Shown: in pieces, positions 49,039 through 62,691 of the stretch
Position numbering within the stretch: position 1 is the first letter of the stretch
Layout: each line of letters starts with the position of its first letter
Origin: Ptychomitrium polyphyllum
Lineage: Eukaryota
Assembly (NCBI GenBank): GCA_973851085.1
Contig: OZ316775.1
Span: 9,920,001 to 9,984,000 of the forward strand
Direction: 5' to 3'
DNA: 64,000 nucleotides
Notes under the pieces: generated by a model
The model's input: only the letters and a program-made list of their open reading frames with translations
Databases searched by the model: none
Told to the model about the DNA's origin: nothing
Program-made: the position numbers and the translations under genes

Positions 49039-52000
49039 TTAAAGAGGTGGCAATGTCACCTTGTACGAGCCACCCTCGAACTAAAGTTCCTTCATGACAG
49101 CAGTTCCCAGACCAGAAGATTGATTAAATTCCAATGAAGAGACGGTAGAAAATTCACTTTTTGATTCAGAGATTGTCTCTTGATTTGTAGGACTCTTTAG
49201 TCCTGCGAAAAAACTTCTTGAAATTTGGAGGTTTTGCATTGCAACTTAGCTCCTCTTGGGCTATGTTGAGCCCCTCGGTGAGTGAATCTGTTGCGAACCT
49301 ACAGCAGGAATATCCTGGGTTTAGTTTCAAACAATTGGATTAAAGCCGTTTTGGAAATCTAAAGGGTGGAACTATTACATTCGTAACAAACAACAGACTG
49401 TAGGAATAGCGTAGACCCACCGCATGGAGAAGCCAAGAAGTTGAAAATCTTTAAGCACTGTAGAAAGTCGGTATTATAACCCATGGTGGAAGAAACATTC
49501 CCTTTTATCTCCATTGTGTATGTGGTGTTTTCTGGCTGTCCTCTCTCCTACGATTATGTAGTTTAGGATTAGCCAAGCCATCTGTACGTTGCAATTGCTT
49601 GCAAGTCACCTGTTGACAAGATGTATGAATGGCAGCTGGAAGATGGATACATCATAATCGATAACGTCGGTGCAAACTTAGTTATTCAGAACTATAGCAA
49701 TGCAAATACAGAATACAGCCAGAGTCTGCTTATCCAGAGAAAGGAACGGAAAGTCACAAGATCTACCAATGGCATCACCGACCAAATCCAGAAAAGCCTA
49801 CAGATCTGAAGGAGATTCACCTCAGGTACGCTGAGGCACGCATTATCAAAAGTTGTTGGGCGCATAAGGACAGGAACATCCATGGCAACCGTGAAATTAA
49901 GAAGAGATCTGGTGTCAACCCCACATGCACATGTAAGACTGAAGTCAGAACAGCTAATGCCAAAACCAAAAACAGGTCAACCTTCATTCCGCAACAATGT
50001 CCTCCCTGCATCTTTAGCACAAATAAGCTTACCTGTAAATTCGTTTGACAGAAGGGCACTGTCGTATATGCCCTTGGCCAAAGAACAAGGAAAATGGAGA
50101 AGTTTGTTATGCACATACTGAACGTTTAAGATCTTAAAGGTCTAGGAATTGGAGTGTACCTGTGATTAAGAAGAAAGTCATAAAATTGATGCACATTATA
50201 GACTCCTTCGAAGCACAGAATGTGGACCATTGTCTGACGCTTGCCTTTCATTCACCACTCTTGTCTAAATCACCATATTGATAAAAGTCAGTTACGGTAT
50301 ACAGAAATGTCTAAGTATTAGTTTTTTTTCAGTTAATGTATTTCATCATAAATCCTTTTCCTCGAGCATTAAGAGTAATCAAGGAACCGTTGACGAATCA
50401 TGAGCTCATCTAACTTAACCTTAATTAAGGAAAAGGTTGATTTATGATTATGATAATGGAATATGAACCTTACAACTAAGCAATGAAGATAAGATTCCTG
50501 TCACGTTCTTACCTGGCCAGGATTGGACTTCTCAAATTCTAGCAAATCTTGAAGATCTTCGACAGTAGTTGTGGGCGGTTCTGAGGCATTAAAAGGCATG
50601 AAAAAAGCAATATCCTGCAACACCATTTACAACAACAACTAGAAGTTAGAGCAAAGTCCACAATCCATGCAGATAATTAACATATGAAAAAACAAATGAA
50701 AAATAGATAATCAGCAATAAATCCAGTGTGAATGATTTTAGCAACTGGCTAATCGAAAATCACTATCTCCAACTGGAAATGGAGTTAGAGAAATTTATAA
50801 TGCCAGGTCGCAAATGACATTAAACATAGCAAGCGTGCTACTGCCAACCTCTGAAGTGCCAATACTTAAAGAAGACCATACCTGCTTCCCCTCCACGAGC
50901 CGCAGTTGAAGAAATTACGGATAGCACGGTTGTACGCAAGGAAGACTGAGAAAAAATCCATGTATGAAGTGAATTCCAGAATGTTGCACCTAGCTTTTCG
51001 ACACTTGCGATTTTCTCTGAGCAAGCAAACAAGGAATATTTGTATATTTTTTTACACGTAACTCCAAATCCTTGTGTAAATTGTTCTACTCCATGACATT
51101 TGGCATTTGAACTCAATCTGTAACACCTGGCAGAAAAAGGACATCAAATCTCCATGCAGTTGAAGTGGATTAATCTTCGTAGGTTAGAGCTGGTTTCAAG
51201 TCCACAACAGCAAGGAATTAAAAACCAGGAAACCCTTACTATTGATCACAAGACATCATTCTACTTGTAAACCTTGGATATACTAATTCTTTGGTATATC
51301 TACCAGTTCCACGAGGTCAAGGTAGTCAACTTGATAATGCGCACTTGGTAGAAGTATAGTGCTTATTTACAGCATACAGAGGAGTGCGGTGTTAAGCGGA
51401 ATCAGTCGGGAATTACCAGTTTACCCACAAACTGAATCAGTCTCAATTTGTTACACGACAAATATAACTACTAATGTCGCGCCAATAGTGCTGGCAAGAA
51501 TAGAAGGCAAGTAGTAAACGTGAACAAAAACATACGGATTGTGAACGCACCAAGGAAATGAATCTGGAGAAGCGAAACGAGTCAGTATTTTAAGACTAAG
51601 ATCCAAAGCTGCAATACTTCCTTTCACTGATACCCAGGCCTGCGCATCCTCCGCATGACCAGACGTGATTAATGATCCGCTCCTGAAAAGAGAATCAATA
51701 CTTATGCTGGCCCGGTTATCAGCTGCCAATTGATAGTTGAGATCATACAAATGTCTCTAGGCAGTGGAGGAACCGCATTGAAATCAAATGCTCTCAAAGC
51801 CTTGCGAGGTGCTAACTTCCTCATAGCTTCCACCTGAGTATGCACCAAAGAGGAGATTTCGGCCGTAATCACAAACCATGCTCCTAGTATAATATTGTGA
51901 AAACTGCAACAAAGATCAGGTACGTAGCACCGAGTTGAGTCCAAAGCCTAACTAGGACTGCCACCTATTGTTTGGTTAGTTTTCAAATGCATGTAAAACA

Positions 52001-52970
52001 CTAAAAATATTATCCCATAAGCCGTATGATCAAATGTGATTTGTTACCATGTCAACGCTTGATTCAGTTTTTAGCAGAGCTTGCGAGTTCGAGATGTCTC
52101 TGACATCTCGAATAGTACAGCCATGCAATCCTTTTGTCTTTTCCTCACCCTTGGAAAGAATATCCTCCTCTACCATTATGCTGTGTACCAGACTTCGTTG
52201 AGCCATTCGAATAACAAAAACTGCTTTAATACGTACGCAGTCTGAATGAAAGATTTGTCAGTAATGGGAACTGATAGCAACTGTGCCTGCTCAAGGGAGT
52301 AGTAAATGCTAGCGGCTTGGCGAGGAAACAGGGTCAAAGAAATACGCATCAACCTGACTTTAATAACTCTTAAGTGGCAGCCATAGACACATCCTTCGAA
52401 CTTCTGATGAACAAAATCTGGAATTACTGTTCAGACAACAAGCAACTAGACCCAAACAATTGAACACAAAAATCCAAGATTGTGCACTGCAGTTGGCAAA
52501 ATGATGAACCAACTGACCTGACAAGCCCAGCAAGAGAATCTGAGCAGCCTTTTCCGCGTATAGATACTTCATGATAGATAACATCATGTTGAGCAACTGA
52601 TGAAACATCCTGGAGGACGAAGGCAACCAAACCAAGGCCAAATTAATATCTCGAAAAGTGAAACTTTCCGCCAAAAAACCCTCTTCACATTTACATAATC
52701 CTCAACTGCTGAAAAAGAAAGGGGTAGTGCATCCTAACACCAGATACGTAAATGAAAACACAGTACCTCTTCCTTCTAACTTCGTAGTGAACGAAATCCT
52801 AATCTATCCTCAGAATCGACTGAGGAATAAATATCACCAACTCGAGTGCCATCTGATAAACGTGATGGTAAAACTGCGTTTATTTGTCTTACCACAACTC
52901 TGCAAAAGATCACAATAACAAGAAACCATTGAGCCATCCTGGGCGGCGCTCAGGAAACGGCAGTTCTTTA
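49039..52970 (-). pseudogene. DONSON (downstream neighbor of Son) unprocessed pseudogene; remnant exons about 52241-52048, 51833-51551, 51126-50882, 50614-50513, 50233-50160, 49908-49821, 49609-49421, 49298-49039
   Basis: Motifs VDM|VEAMRKLA, ALDLSLKILTRFASPDSFPW, LHTWIFSQSSL, DIAFFMP, CFEGVYNVHQFYDFLLNHR, DVPVLMRPTTFDNACLSVPEV, YTMEIKG/FLPPWVI, FATDSLTEGLN, FEGGSYKVTL. Frameshifts, premature TAG at 49081-49083, phase mismatch at 50882/50614. The 5' boundary is uncertain. Confidence 0.82.
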
Positions 52971-54269
52971 CCTGACTTGAAACACATTAATACTGAAATA
53001 AAGATATAACCTGATGAACAGCTAATACTAAGTGAATTTACACCCAGAAGCGCTATTGCACTTACGTCCATAAAAACAAACTTCAGTTCAACAGGTAAAT
53101 CGCTACAAGTGTCCAGAAAAAACTTAGTCGTGCTGCAGAATAAGCGCCATTAGAGACGAATCCTTGAGTATCTGGAAGTCCATGTCGTGTTCCAACCTTC
53201 GACAACTGATGCCACTTCCACTGCTCCAGCTATATTCCATCCAACGCTGACACTCAGGTTCATACAATGTGAACAATCGACTGTGATGATGATTGCAGCA
53301 AAAACCATATGCTGAAACAAAGTAGACTAGACATTCCCATGACCCGAGTTTCCCACTTTGTGAGCTAGTTTAGAAGTCTTCAGGATCACAAAAAAAATAC
53401 ACTACCTCTAACCAGCCGGACTCAAAATGCCTTTCAATGGGCAGAGGACAGGTGCATGCAGCAAAATTGACACTACCGCCACAACTTCAAAGGCCTAAAA
53501 ATTAAATACATCATCAGGAACAACGAACTAGGACAACTTGCATCTATTCAAACGCAAAGATTGAAACTAAGCCAAATAAGGAGAGAAACACAAATAATAC
53601 AGGTGCTGGAACGCTAAGGTTATAACGACCATCATTATACAATAATTTTGCTGAGGTTATCCACAGACGTATTTATTGACTAGAGAGGCTGACGCAATGG
53701 AGACCCCAAAGGCTGCTTGTACTAGTTTGAATTTGTAGTCACAAGTTTGACTGTTGGTATCATCTCCCTAAGAACACTAAAATCGAATTCTCATAAACTG
53801 TCAACTTACAGTTGGAGTTCATTTCCGACATAATAACTTTATTAGACTCTCAAACGCATTAAATACTGGTATGGCAATATACAGGAATTTATATCCATGA
53901 GCTACTTTGCTGATGAAAGACTGACGTTAATAGATCCAAGAAAAGGTCCAATGCATTGCAGAGATAAGCCTCAACTCTCCTTCGGTTCTCAACAAATACA
54001 TCTGTAACAGAAACATCCCTACCGTAAACAATCATTTACTCAAAATACCTGCAACATGATTCCTTAGGAAAATCCAGACGCGCATAATCTGCATGCATAA
54101 GTGCAACAAGGACAGGTTGATACTTTGGCACAAGGAAAAGAGACCATAACCGCAGTTCCGTCGGTGTTGTTCTCTTACTACGAGAAGGTGCCATCACCTT
54201 CGTCGGAACAACCTCCTGACGTTCGACACATACCGCAACGACGGCATCTCGCGCACACTCAAGACCAGT

Positions 54270-54273
<4 letters not shown>

Positions 54274-54305
<32 letters not shown>
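54274..54305. repeat. (CA)16 microsatellite
   Basis: Directly visible. Confidence 0.95.
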
Positions 54306-54307
<2 letters not shown>

Positions 54308-55793
54308 CCAATCTCTCAATTCCCTCGTACCAGAGCCCTCACGCTCTTCTCACACCCCCTTGACGACCTAAAACCCTCTTCCCCACACCAAACCCAGAGA
54401 TGCTCCCATTGTCCACATTCTACCCCCTTCAGAAGCGACTCACTCCACCCTCGCACACCCCAAAACTCCACCAGCGTCAAAATTCACTATCCCACGAGCA
54501 CTAGAAACACCAGAGAAAGCTCACTCAAAGCTAGGGCACCCAAATCAGCACCTTAACCCTGACGCTGCGCACTCTACACAGAAATGATGTTGAACTCGAG
54601 AGGAAAGATGGTCACCGGAACGCTACGAACGCCTGCAACGACTCGACCTCTATCTTCAGTGTCGATCTCCTGCTTCAACTGTTTGTCGAAACTTCATCTA
54701 CTCACTCCACAATGAACTCCACCTCCATGACTTCAAAGAATGGCCTTTCTTTGGATGGACGAAAGCATGACATGAAAGGCAAATGTGGAACGTGGCGATC
54801 GGCGACGTGAGAGCTCCTGCAACCCTACGTCCCCCTTGCAACTGTGAGTGACAACGATCTGCTGCGGGAAGGAATATGGGGTCCAGAGCTTGGTTTTGGA
54901 CCTACCGTGGATAGCCGGAAAGAGCAAGTATGTGCGATGCGAATCCGGAGGCGGCGATCCGCGAGTCGGTAAGGTATCGATGCCAGTGTCCTCGGAAGCT
55001 TGATTCGCAGCGACGGATCGACCATGTTCGCATCAGAGGAATCTCCTCTCTCAACTTCCCCGCTCGATACTCGTGCTAAACTCGTGTGATACTCGGGGGG
55101 TCAACTGAAAAACCAAATATATAATTTACGACTTGAGCCTAAGTTAGAACTGAAAACAAGCATAAATTTGGAAATCGTCTTGTGCATGGTGCACATGTAA
55201 GATCAACATGAAAGATAGTGACTGCTCTAATGTAAGTTAATAACACAACCAACACAAATAAAGGGCCACTGCCCATAAATTGATACTGATACTAGTACTA
55301 TTCCTAAAAACGTTGAATTGAAAGAAAAAAAAAACAATATTAAACTTTTAACGTAAAAAAATGAATTTTATTACAGCAGAAGATTGTCCAAAGGTTTGAG
55401 AGGAATTATTCCAAGAATTTGCAAGCCTTGAAACCACTCAGAAGCATCCACCATATTAAAAAGGAAATACTACACAGGCATCATGCTCATCATGTAAGAA
55501 GCTCGATTGCAGAATTGCAAGGCGCTCAAATCGAGCGTCTATGAGAGCAGTATGCAGCCTGGTACAAGGCTGTGTACTCGCATCTAAGGTGCTCATTCTG
55601 AATGATGATCAACAACGAATTGGTCTTCTCCCAGAAGGACCCCCAATACATGGCAAGGTGTTATGCAGGCTATGCAGACGGGCGAAGGAGTATCAGAGAG
55701 GGCCGATATTGTCATTAGTCGCACGATGGTAGAGACTAATCCACTTCATGTGATATTAGGACGCAGCAATGAGTGAAATGATTTCACACGTTT

Positions 55794-58700
55794 CTAGGAA
55801 TTGACGATCTCATGAATGATGTCGCTGACAGTTGGATCCTCAGACCGGACTGCAAGTTTCATAGCAACCTGCTTTTGAGAGTCGATGCCAACTGATAAGC
55901 GAACTAGCACTTGTACGTCACCTAGAAATTTGCCAGCCAACAAGCAAGTATGGGACCTCGCATTGCTTGGTACAACATCTGTTGCCTGCAGGCCAAATTA
56001 ATCTCCACTGTGAGTGCCACCTCCTGAAAAAAATTGTACAGGAAATGTGCGAAATGAAGTTTATAAAGCACAGAAGAGTATCTTGATTCAATTCAGTGCA
56101 GTTACCTCACACGTCTGCATTCCAAGGATTGTAGTCACAGCTTGTACAGCATCTTGCAAACTCTCTCTCGCACCAAGACTGTACTCATCAACACGTTCCA
56201 ACTCCGAGTCTAGAGACTCCCAGGCATTTCTGAAGTTTGATACTCCTGTCTTCAGGATGTAATCTGCTGCGGTTATCTGTACACAAACAAGAAATGCAGA
56301 TGATTGAAAACCAATATAAAAGAACCTATAACCTGAACATATAATAGTGCTGTTGTGTTTGTGATTTGTCGAAAATAGAGTAGAATTGTTAGCACAAGTA
56401 CTTGAATAAATGACCGAATCTAGCGAACTGCAGTGTCGTTCCTATGGACCACCCTCTACGAACCAGTAATAAATGACGTGCATGTAAGAGAAAAAAACCG
56501 CTATATAAATGACAAGTCTCACCTCTGAATCTTCAAGTTGATATTCATCCTCGTACCCATCTTCATCTGCTTCACCAGTGCTTTGATCCACCTGAGATGC
56601 ACACATGCATGATTACATCAGGCTATACTTTGTGTTTCGATTTGTAAATTCATTTAAAAGCAAAACAATCACAATCTAAACAATTCGACCTCAAACAATT
56701 ACCAAAGAGACAGAAGTACCGTACCTCTTTGACATAGAACCTCAGTGTGTTCGAAAACTTCCCAAGAGAGCAGGCCCCCTCTGGTTTCTCAAACGCAACA
56801 AAAACTTGGCCAGGTACTCCGCATGGCATAGATGCTAAGGACTTCGTTGCCACCTGATTGAAATCTTCTCCCTCTATGAGTTCCATGACAATACTCACCT
56901 GTATGTTTTGCAACAAACAATTGGTTTATGCCAAAATTAGTTCAATCATCGTTTTCACAAAACACATACTTCTATGCACCCCATCCTCGATAACCTTCAG
57001 ATCACCTTCACAAGATATGAAAATCTACATCCTGCTTCTGGGACTGTTGCACCTTATAAACACCAGCAGATGACGTGCGACAACCGCAGGGCACATTTGA
57101 CATATCCTATGACCTTTGTCTAAGACACATAATAAAATCACTTGGGGATGTCGGAGTGGGTTCCTCGTTTCACCGTGCTATGATATCATGCATCCATAAC
57201 TCCAACCCTGAGAAGAGTCACAAACTGTAAAGCCTCTCTTTGAGCGAAATTCTAGGAAACTATATTAAAGAGGCGTTGCACTGTTGGTAACACAGTGCTC
57301 TAACACTCCCTACAGTACCTTGCCAACATTCTAAGGTATCTAGAGTATGGTATCTTTACTCTAGTACCAAATTATAGAGCTGCGTTGCACATTAAAAACT
57401 CTAATAGCTTACGTTTCCAAGAAGCTGCTCTGCGATCGTGTTGGTGCAGTTGAACTGGAAGACAATGTGACCAGGGTACACGTGTTTGATCAAGTTCACA
57501 GCATATTCCGTTTCTGCTTCTGTTAGCTCCACAGGAGCAGACGACTGCACAAATATCAAAAACCAGTATCAGCAGAGTCTACATGGTAAAGAAAAGAAAC
57601 CTGTAACTAAAACAAGAACCAAGTCTGCAACAAGGTATGACTGCAAGTGTATAACCTCGACATGAATGACATTGTCTATTGTTCTAGAACCGTAGGAAGA
57701 ATATGTGCACTACCTTAAAAAGCTTTCCAAATCCTGCGAATTCGGAGATTGAGTTTAGTAGTTTCTCGTAAGCCTCAAATGTACTTGAAGCGCCAATGTC
57801 GGCTGCTGCCTTCTGACCAGCGTCCTTAGCAGCCTTCTTATCCCTACTTGTGGGAGCCTTCTTCTCCACTTGTTGCTGAGGCTTCACATCCTTGGGAACT
57901 GCTGCCAAGTCAAATGGTCTTTCACTTGGTTCCTGCAGTAGCGAAATTAGCAGACAGGTTGAACAATCTCCTTCACCTAATACAAAAGTGAAAGCATAAA
58001 TGTCATAACAACATCCACGATGTAATTCAGTGCTAATACATAATAGAATAACTTACATATGATTGTAAACTTGCTTCTAAATTTGCCAAGGGCAAATCCA
58101 AACCCTGAAACAAAAATGCTTGAGCATCATTGCGAACAGCTCCAGGTCCATCCGTCAGAAAGCTTAAGTAAAGAGTAGCTCGATCTCGTACCTGTCACCA
58201 ATTCCATTGCATAACTAAGAACGCTAATAGTCATCTGTGTTTATACTAACTTGCAATAGCCACAGTGCTAGATACATTAAAGCGTAACCGGATTGACTCC
58301 ATGGTCTAAATATGTATTCCAAAAGAATTAGATTCAGAAGCCTTAGGTGACAGGACCCAGTGTTTACGGAACACGCAGAATAAAGAGATGAATGAATCAC
58401 GTTCCAATAAACTCTACATAAAACTGCCATCCTCTAAATTGTAAGGAAGAATTCTCATTTCATTAACCACCATATCCATACACTGTACAAACTAACACCA
58501 CAGAAAGGTAGATTTTTTTCAAGATGAAACTGCAAGCATTTGGATATGATGCACATGCCACACAAAGACTTTAAAATTGACTTCATTGTACATCCGAAAC
58601 AAATACTGGCAACTGAAACCGTCAACGCAGATAATCTGCAGCTCTGCATATCATGTGAGAAACTTTCCTGAACATAAAGCAGGTACTTGGTGGAAACAAT

Positions 58701-61700
58701 GTTAAAGACTCTACACATAAGAATATTAGGTACCTCATCATCATTGTCATACAAACATCTCCGCAACAGTATAAGAATTCGTGGCTTCAATTCTTCAACA
58801 ACTACTCCAAATTTCGCCAGAGCACTAACAGCACTTGCACGCACTGTTGCATTCTCCAATATAACACGGTTGTAAACATAGCGAATATATTTACTTGGAT
58901 CTGCAGTTTTAGGTCCCTCGTTTCCTAGGAGATGCAGGATCTGCACAATGGAAAGAGGAGCAAAATTGTAATACTCGCTAAAAGACCAAAAATTGCAGTA
59001 AGGGAACGACAAAAAAAAGAGTGTTCTTTAATTAAAACCCACTCAATTACAACGCTTGTTTGCAGTATGCAGAGGCGTAGTACAACATTCAACCGTTACT
59101 AACCTGAGTAGATAGGTAGGTGAACTCGCAGTCTTCTATAAATTCGCACAGGTGAGAAAGTCCGCTCTCTTTAGCATCAGGAATTTCATGAATGAGGATG
59201 AGGATAGAGTCAACAATTGCTTTTTTGTAGTCAAAACCCCCTTCCTCCCTTAAAATATTGCTTAAGAAATTCATCCTGCAAATTGAGCAACGTGGTTATC
59301 ATACTTGCACCACACAAAACCCAATGACGTCGATAAAGGTTCAGCAATCACTACATAGAAGTGCTAGAATTAGAGAAGGTGCCATAATGTAAGACTCTTA
59401 AGAGTATCCAAGACGAGAGTCACGAAGACAACATCCAAGCTTTAATATGTAAATGTGATGTGAAACTCACGATGTCCGATACTTTTGAGGGAACTTGAGA
59501 CACAAAGAGCGGATGGCTTCTACTACCACAATCTTGAACTCGTCAGCAATATCAGACATAAAGTTCGTAATCTGCTTCATCAGCCGATCAACACTTGATT
59601 CATTGCCCGTCTTCAGTAAAGTAGTAATGGCCAGAGTAGCAATACTGCGGTTTTGATCAGAAATGAGACTTTCCATGTCAATATTGCAGCTGGTGACTGC
59701 CAGTGGGTGGGTCATTGCAACCTGAAAAGACACACCCCAAGCAATGGCAGGATTAATCAACACAATTCTCAAGTGTGAGAAAGACAAGAATGCAAAAACA
59801 GCATCTTCACTGAACCTAGTCGATAGTAAAATTCACCATCCCGAAGTTGGGAATTTCGCAACCTGATCGAATAGCATGACATATAAAACAAAAAGTATTG
59901 CTATTGAGAAAGAGACACTCAACAATCATTGCACCTTAAAAAAACATTCCTACCCAAAAATCCACCTATGTAGAACCACTCTAAATAAAAACCTAGAAGA
60001 ACCATACTCACCTTGTTAAGAGTTCGCACAGCCGCAAAACGTAAAACTGGCTTGGATGAGCTCAAAAACAATTGCAATACAGTAATTGCTGCCGTAAGCT
60101 CTCGACTAGTAACACCATTCAATTCGGTGATTGCACGAGCAGCCTCAAAGATGACCATATCTGTCTTGTGCCTTAGACAGCTCTCCAGAAAATCAAAGAA
60201 TGGCCTGTCTCCGGTCTGAGCATTTGGACCCGATTCTGAAATTACCTGGCATCATATACAACTAGACGATCATGGTCATAACAACGAGTTTTTGCCTTTA
60301 GCCTCTTCCGGGATTATTTGAATGAGTTTTAATTCAAAGAGTAATTGTGCGCTGCATCAAAAAGGCGATAGTCCCAAGCAACTTCACCCAATCCTGTAAA
60401 GGCGAGAGGAGCATTATAAGACCAACTTATACAAGCAATATTGGTATACCTGGCATGTGTAGCGAATAAGCAGGCACTGAGCCAAGGGCGACCGAACAGA
60501 ACCCCTAGTAAGGCCACTCACTAATTTGCTCAGAGCCAATCGGTCATTTTGACGGATCTGCAAAAACATCAAGAGTATCATGAGCGCACCTGAATGTGAA
60601 TGGACCTTATGTGAGATGAGCAGTGGTGAATAAATCAATAAAAGCCATAAACCATGTATCCGAGGCTAAACAGAATAGTACACCAAGTCACAAATAAGAT
60701 TCTTATATATAATCTTACACTTGAAGCCGACCAAAACCATATTTCAAATGCATGCTTTAAAAAATCTCGATGAAGACAACAATTTACGAAGAAAATCCTC
60801 AAAGATTGATCCAGCAAGTGGAAAAAAGATGGAGAGGGGAAGGAACCCTGACCTGATGGAGCAGTGCCAAACCATGGAACTGGACAAGTGGCGCCTTAGA
60901 CTGAACAGCCTCTTGGACTTCATTACTCCATCGCTTGACAATTTCGGGATTGCTCTAAACATATTTGAAATGAGCAAGGTAAGGCTCATCGTCAGATTCT
61001 TAAATAGTTATGGCTTAATTCACGTACAGAAAAAAGTGATATGCTGACTCGTAGTATAATTTGAAGGGCACCATGGAAGTTTATTAATACTTGAGAGCTG
61101 CTGCTTGATGCTGATTGACCAAGCAAGGGTTCCAGGATCCAAATATCCTTGTAATTTTATACTACGCACAAAACGCTAAACCAGGAAGTAAGTCCATCAT
61201 AACAATAACCTCTACTGAACACTGTACCTGAAGAAGGTGAATACCACTGACAAGTGCTGCGCTTGAAACAACAGGATTCTTATCCACAACAGCCTGCTTG
61301 AGGTACCGCTCAATTTGACCCAGCAACCCACCATCGGTGATTCTACACAGCACCCGTATGGCGTTCGCGCGAAATAGGTCTGTCTTGCTGTTCATGTCCT
61401 TCATTAAGGAGCTGGTTACGATAATTACCTGCAACATATTTTTGTTGCTCATTCTTCAACCTGAACTTACCTAAGGAAAACACAACGTTCTAGTACAAAA
61501 AGTAGAGAGAACATGCTATATCAAGTAGACCGCAAATAATACCGTTATTGGAGCACGTTGTGCACATAAACAGTAGCTTCTAGCATATTTATGAGATAAT
61601 TACAGAAGAAACCTAAAAAGTAGGTCCTTCTAATATAGACCAACGCCACCACTTCAGCAACAAGCACCTACTCCAAGTACTGTCGAGGAACAATCGAAGT

Positions 61701-62691
61701 TGGTTACTACAGATATCTGCCAATCCGAACTCAACTGCAAGGCGCTCACTAAAGAACATATGCTTCTACATAGAATAAAAGAAGCTTACAATACCTCATC
61801 ACTTGACGGGGAGATCTCTTTGATCATAAGATAGACCATACGTCGTAAACCAATATCCTTTGACTGAAACAGTTTGGTAGTCGCAAAGAACACCTCTGTC
61901 GCCTCATTCTAATCACAAGAATTCCCTAAAATGAGAATGACATAGTAATGACTAAACTCCATTTCGTGTTCTAAAAGTAAACCATACAAGCCTCTCTCCC
62001 TCGTCACACATCAATCAGTCCAACATCTTAACCCTAATTGCGCTCCAGTATTCCACATTTTCACTAGAAATGCTCACCATGCTACCCTAATTAATTAGAC
62101 GTCATTATTAGAAAACTGGCAGCCTAAAACCAATAATAGCACATCATTCAAACCTTTGTGAAAGTTTCACCCTGGTTGATGAGATACAGCAGCTTCGTAA
62201 TGACCTAGCAAGACCGCGCACAAAGAAATTCATAAGCACGTGACTTCGAACCACCGGAACAAGAAAGACATGATCGGAAAAGTGCTCCTTGTATACCATT
62301 GCTTGATTAGAACTCGCACTCCACACATGGCCAATGCAAGACGACGGAAACGAAACCATCGACCCTAAGTACTCACCTGCGCACACCGGCGGGCATCGAG
62401 CTCGCGATCATTGAAGCAGCGCGCTTCCTGCAGGACGGCGCTCTTCTCAATGCCGTAGAACGGCGAGTATTCAGCTGCAAAATCCACACACCCGGAACGA
62501 GAGAATGAGGAGATGCAGTTCTCCGCAAACACCTAATCAAAACTCTCTAAAACTTGACCTCAAACTCGCCTCCCTCCACCAGATCTTGCTCGATTTTGAT
62601 CGGATCTAGCTCGTTTCGGAGAAGGAAAGAAAGGCTTACAGTCGTCGTCGATGTCATCGTCCTTCTTGAGGGCGGGCTGGACTAGCGCCAT
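55794..62691 (-). CDS. COPG: Coatomer subunit gamma (gamma-COP/SEC21), multi-exon
   Basis: [130 protein letters not shown]-terminus [24 protein letters not shown]. Confidence 0.97.

Noticed and set aside
57336..57368. Small hairpin GGTATCTAGAGTA...TACTCTAGTACC in a COPG intron
   Set aside because: 12-bp stem, too short for a miRNA precursor, no other support.
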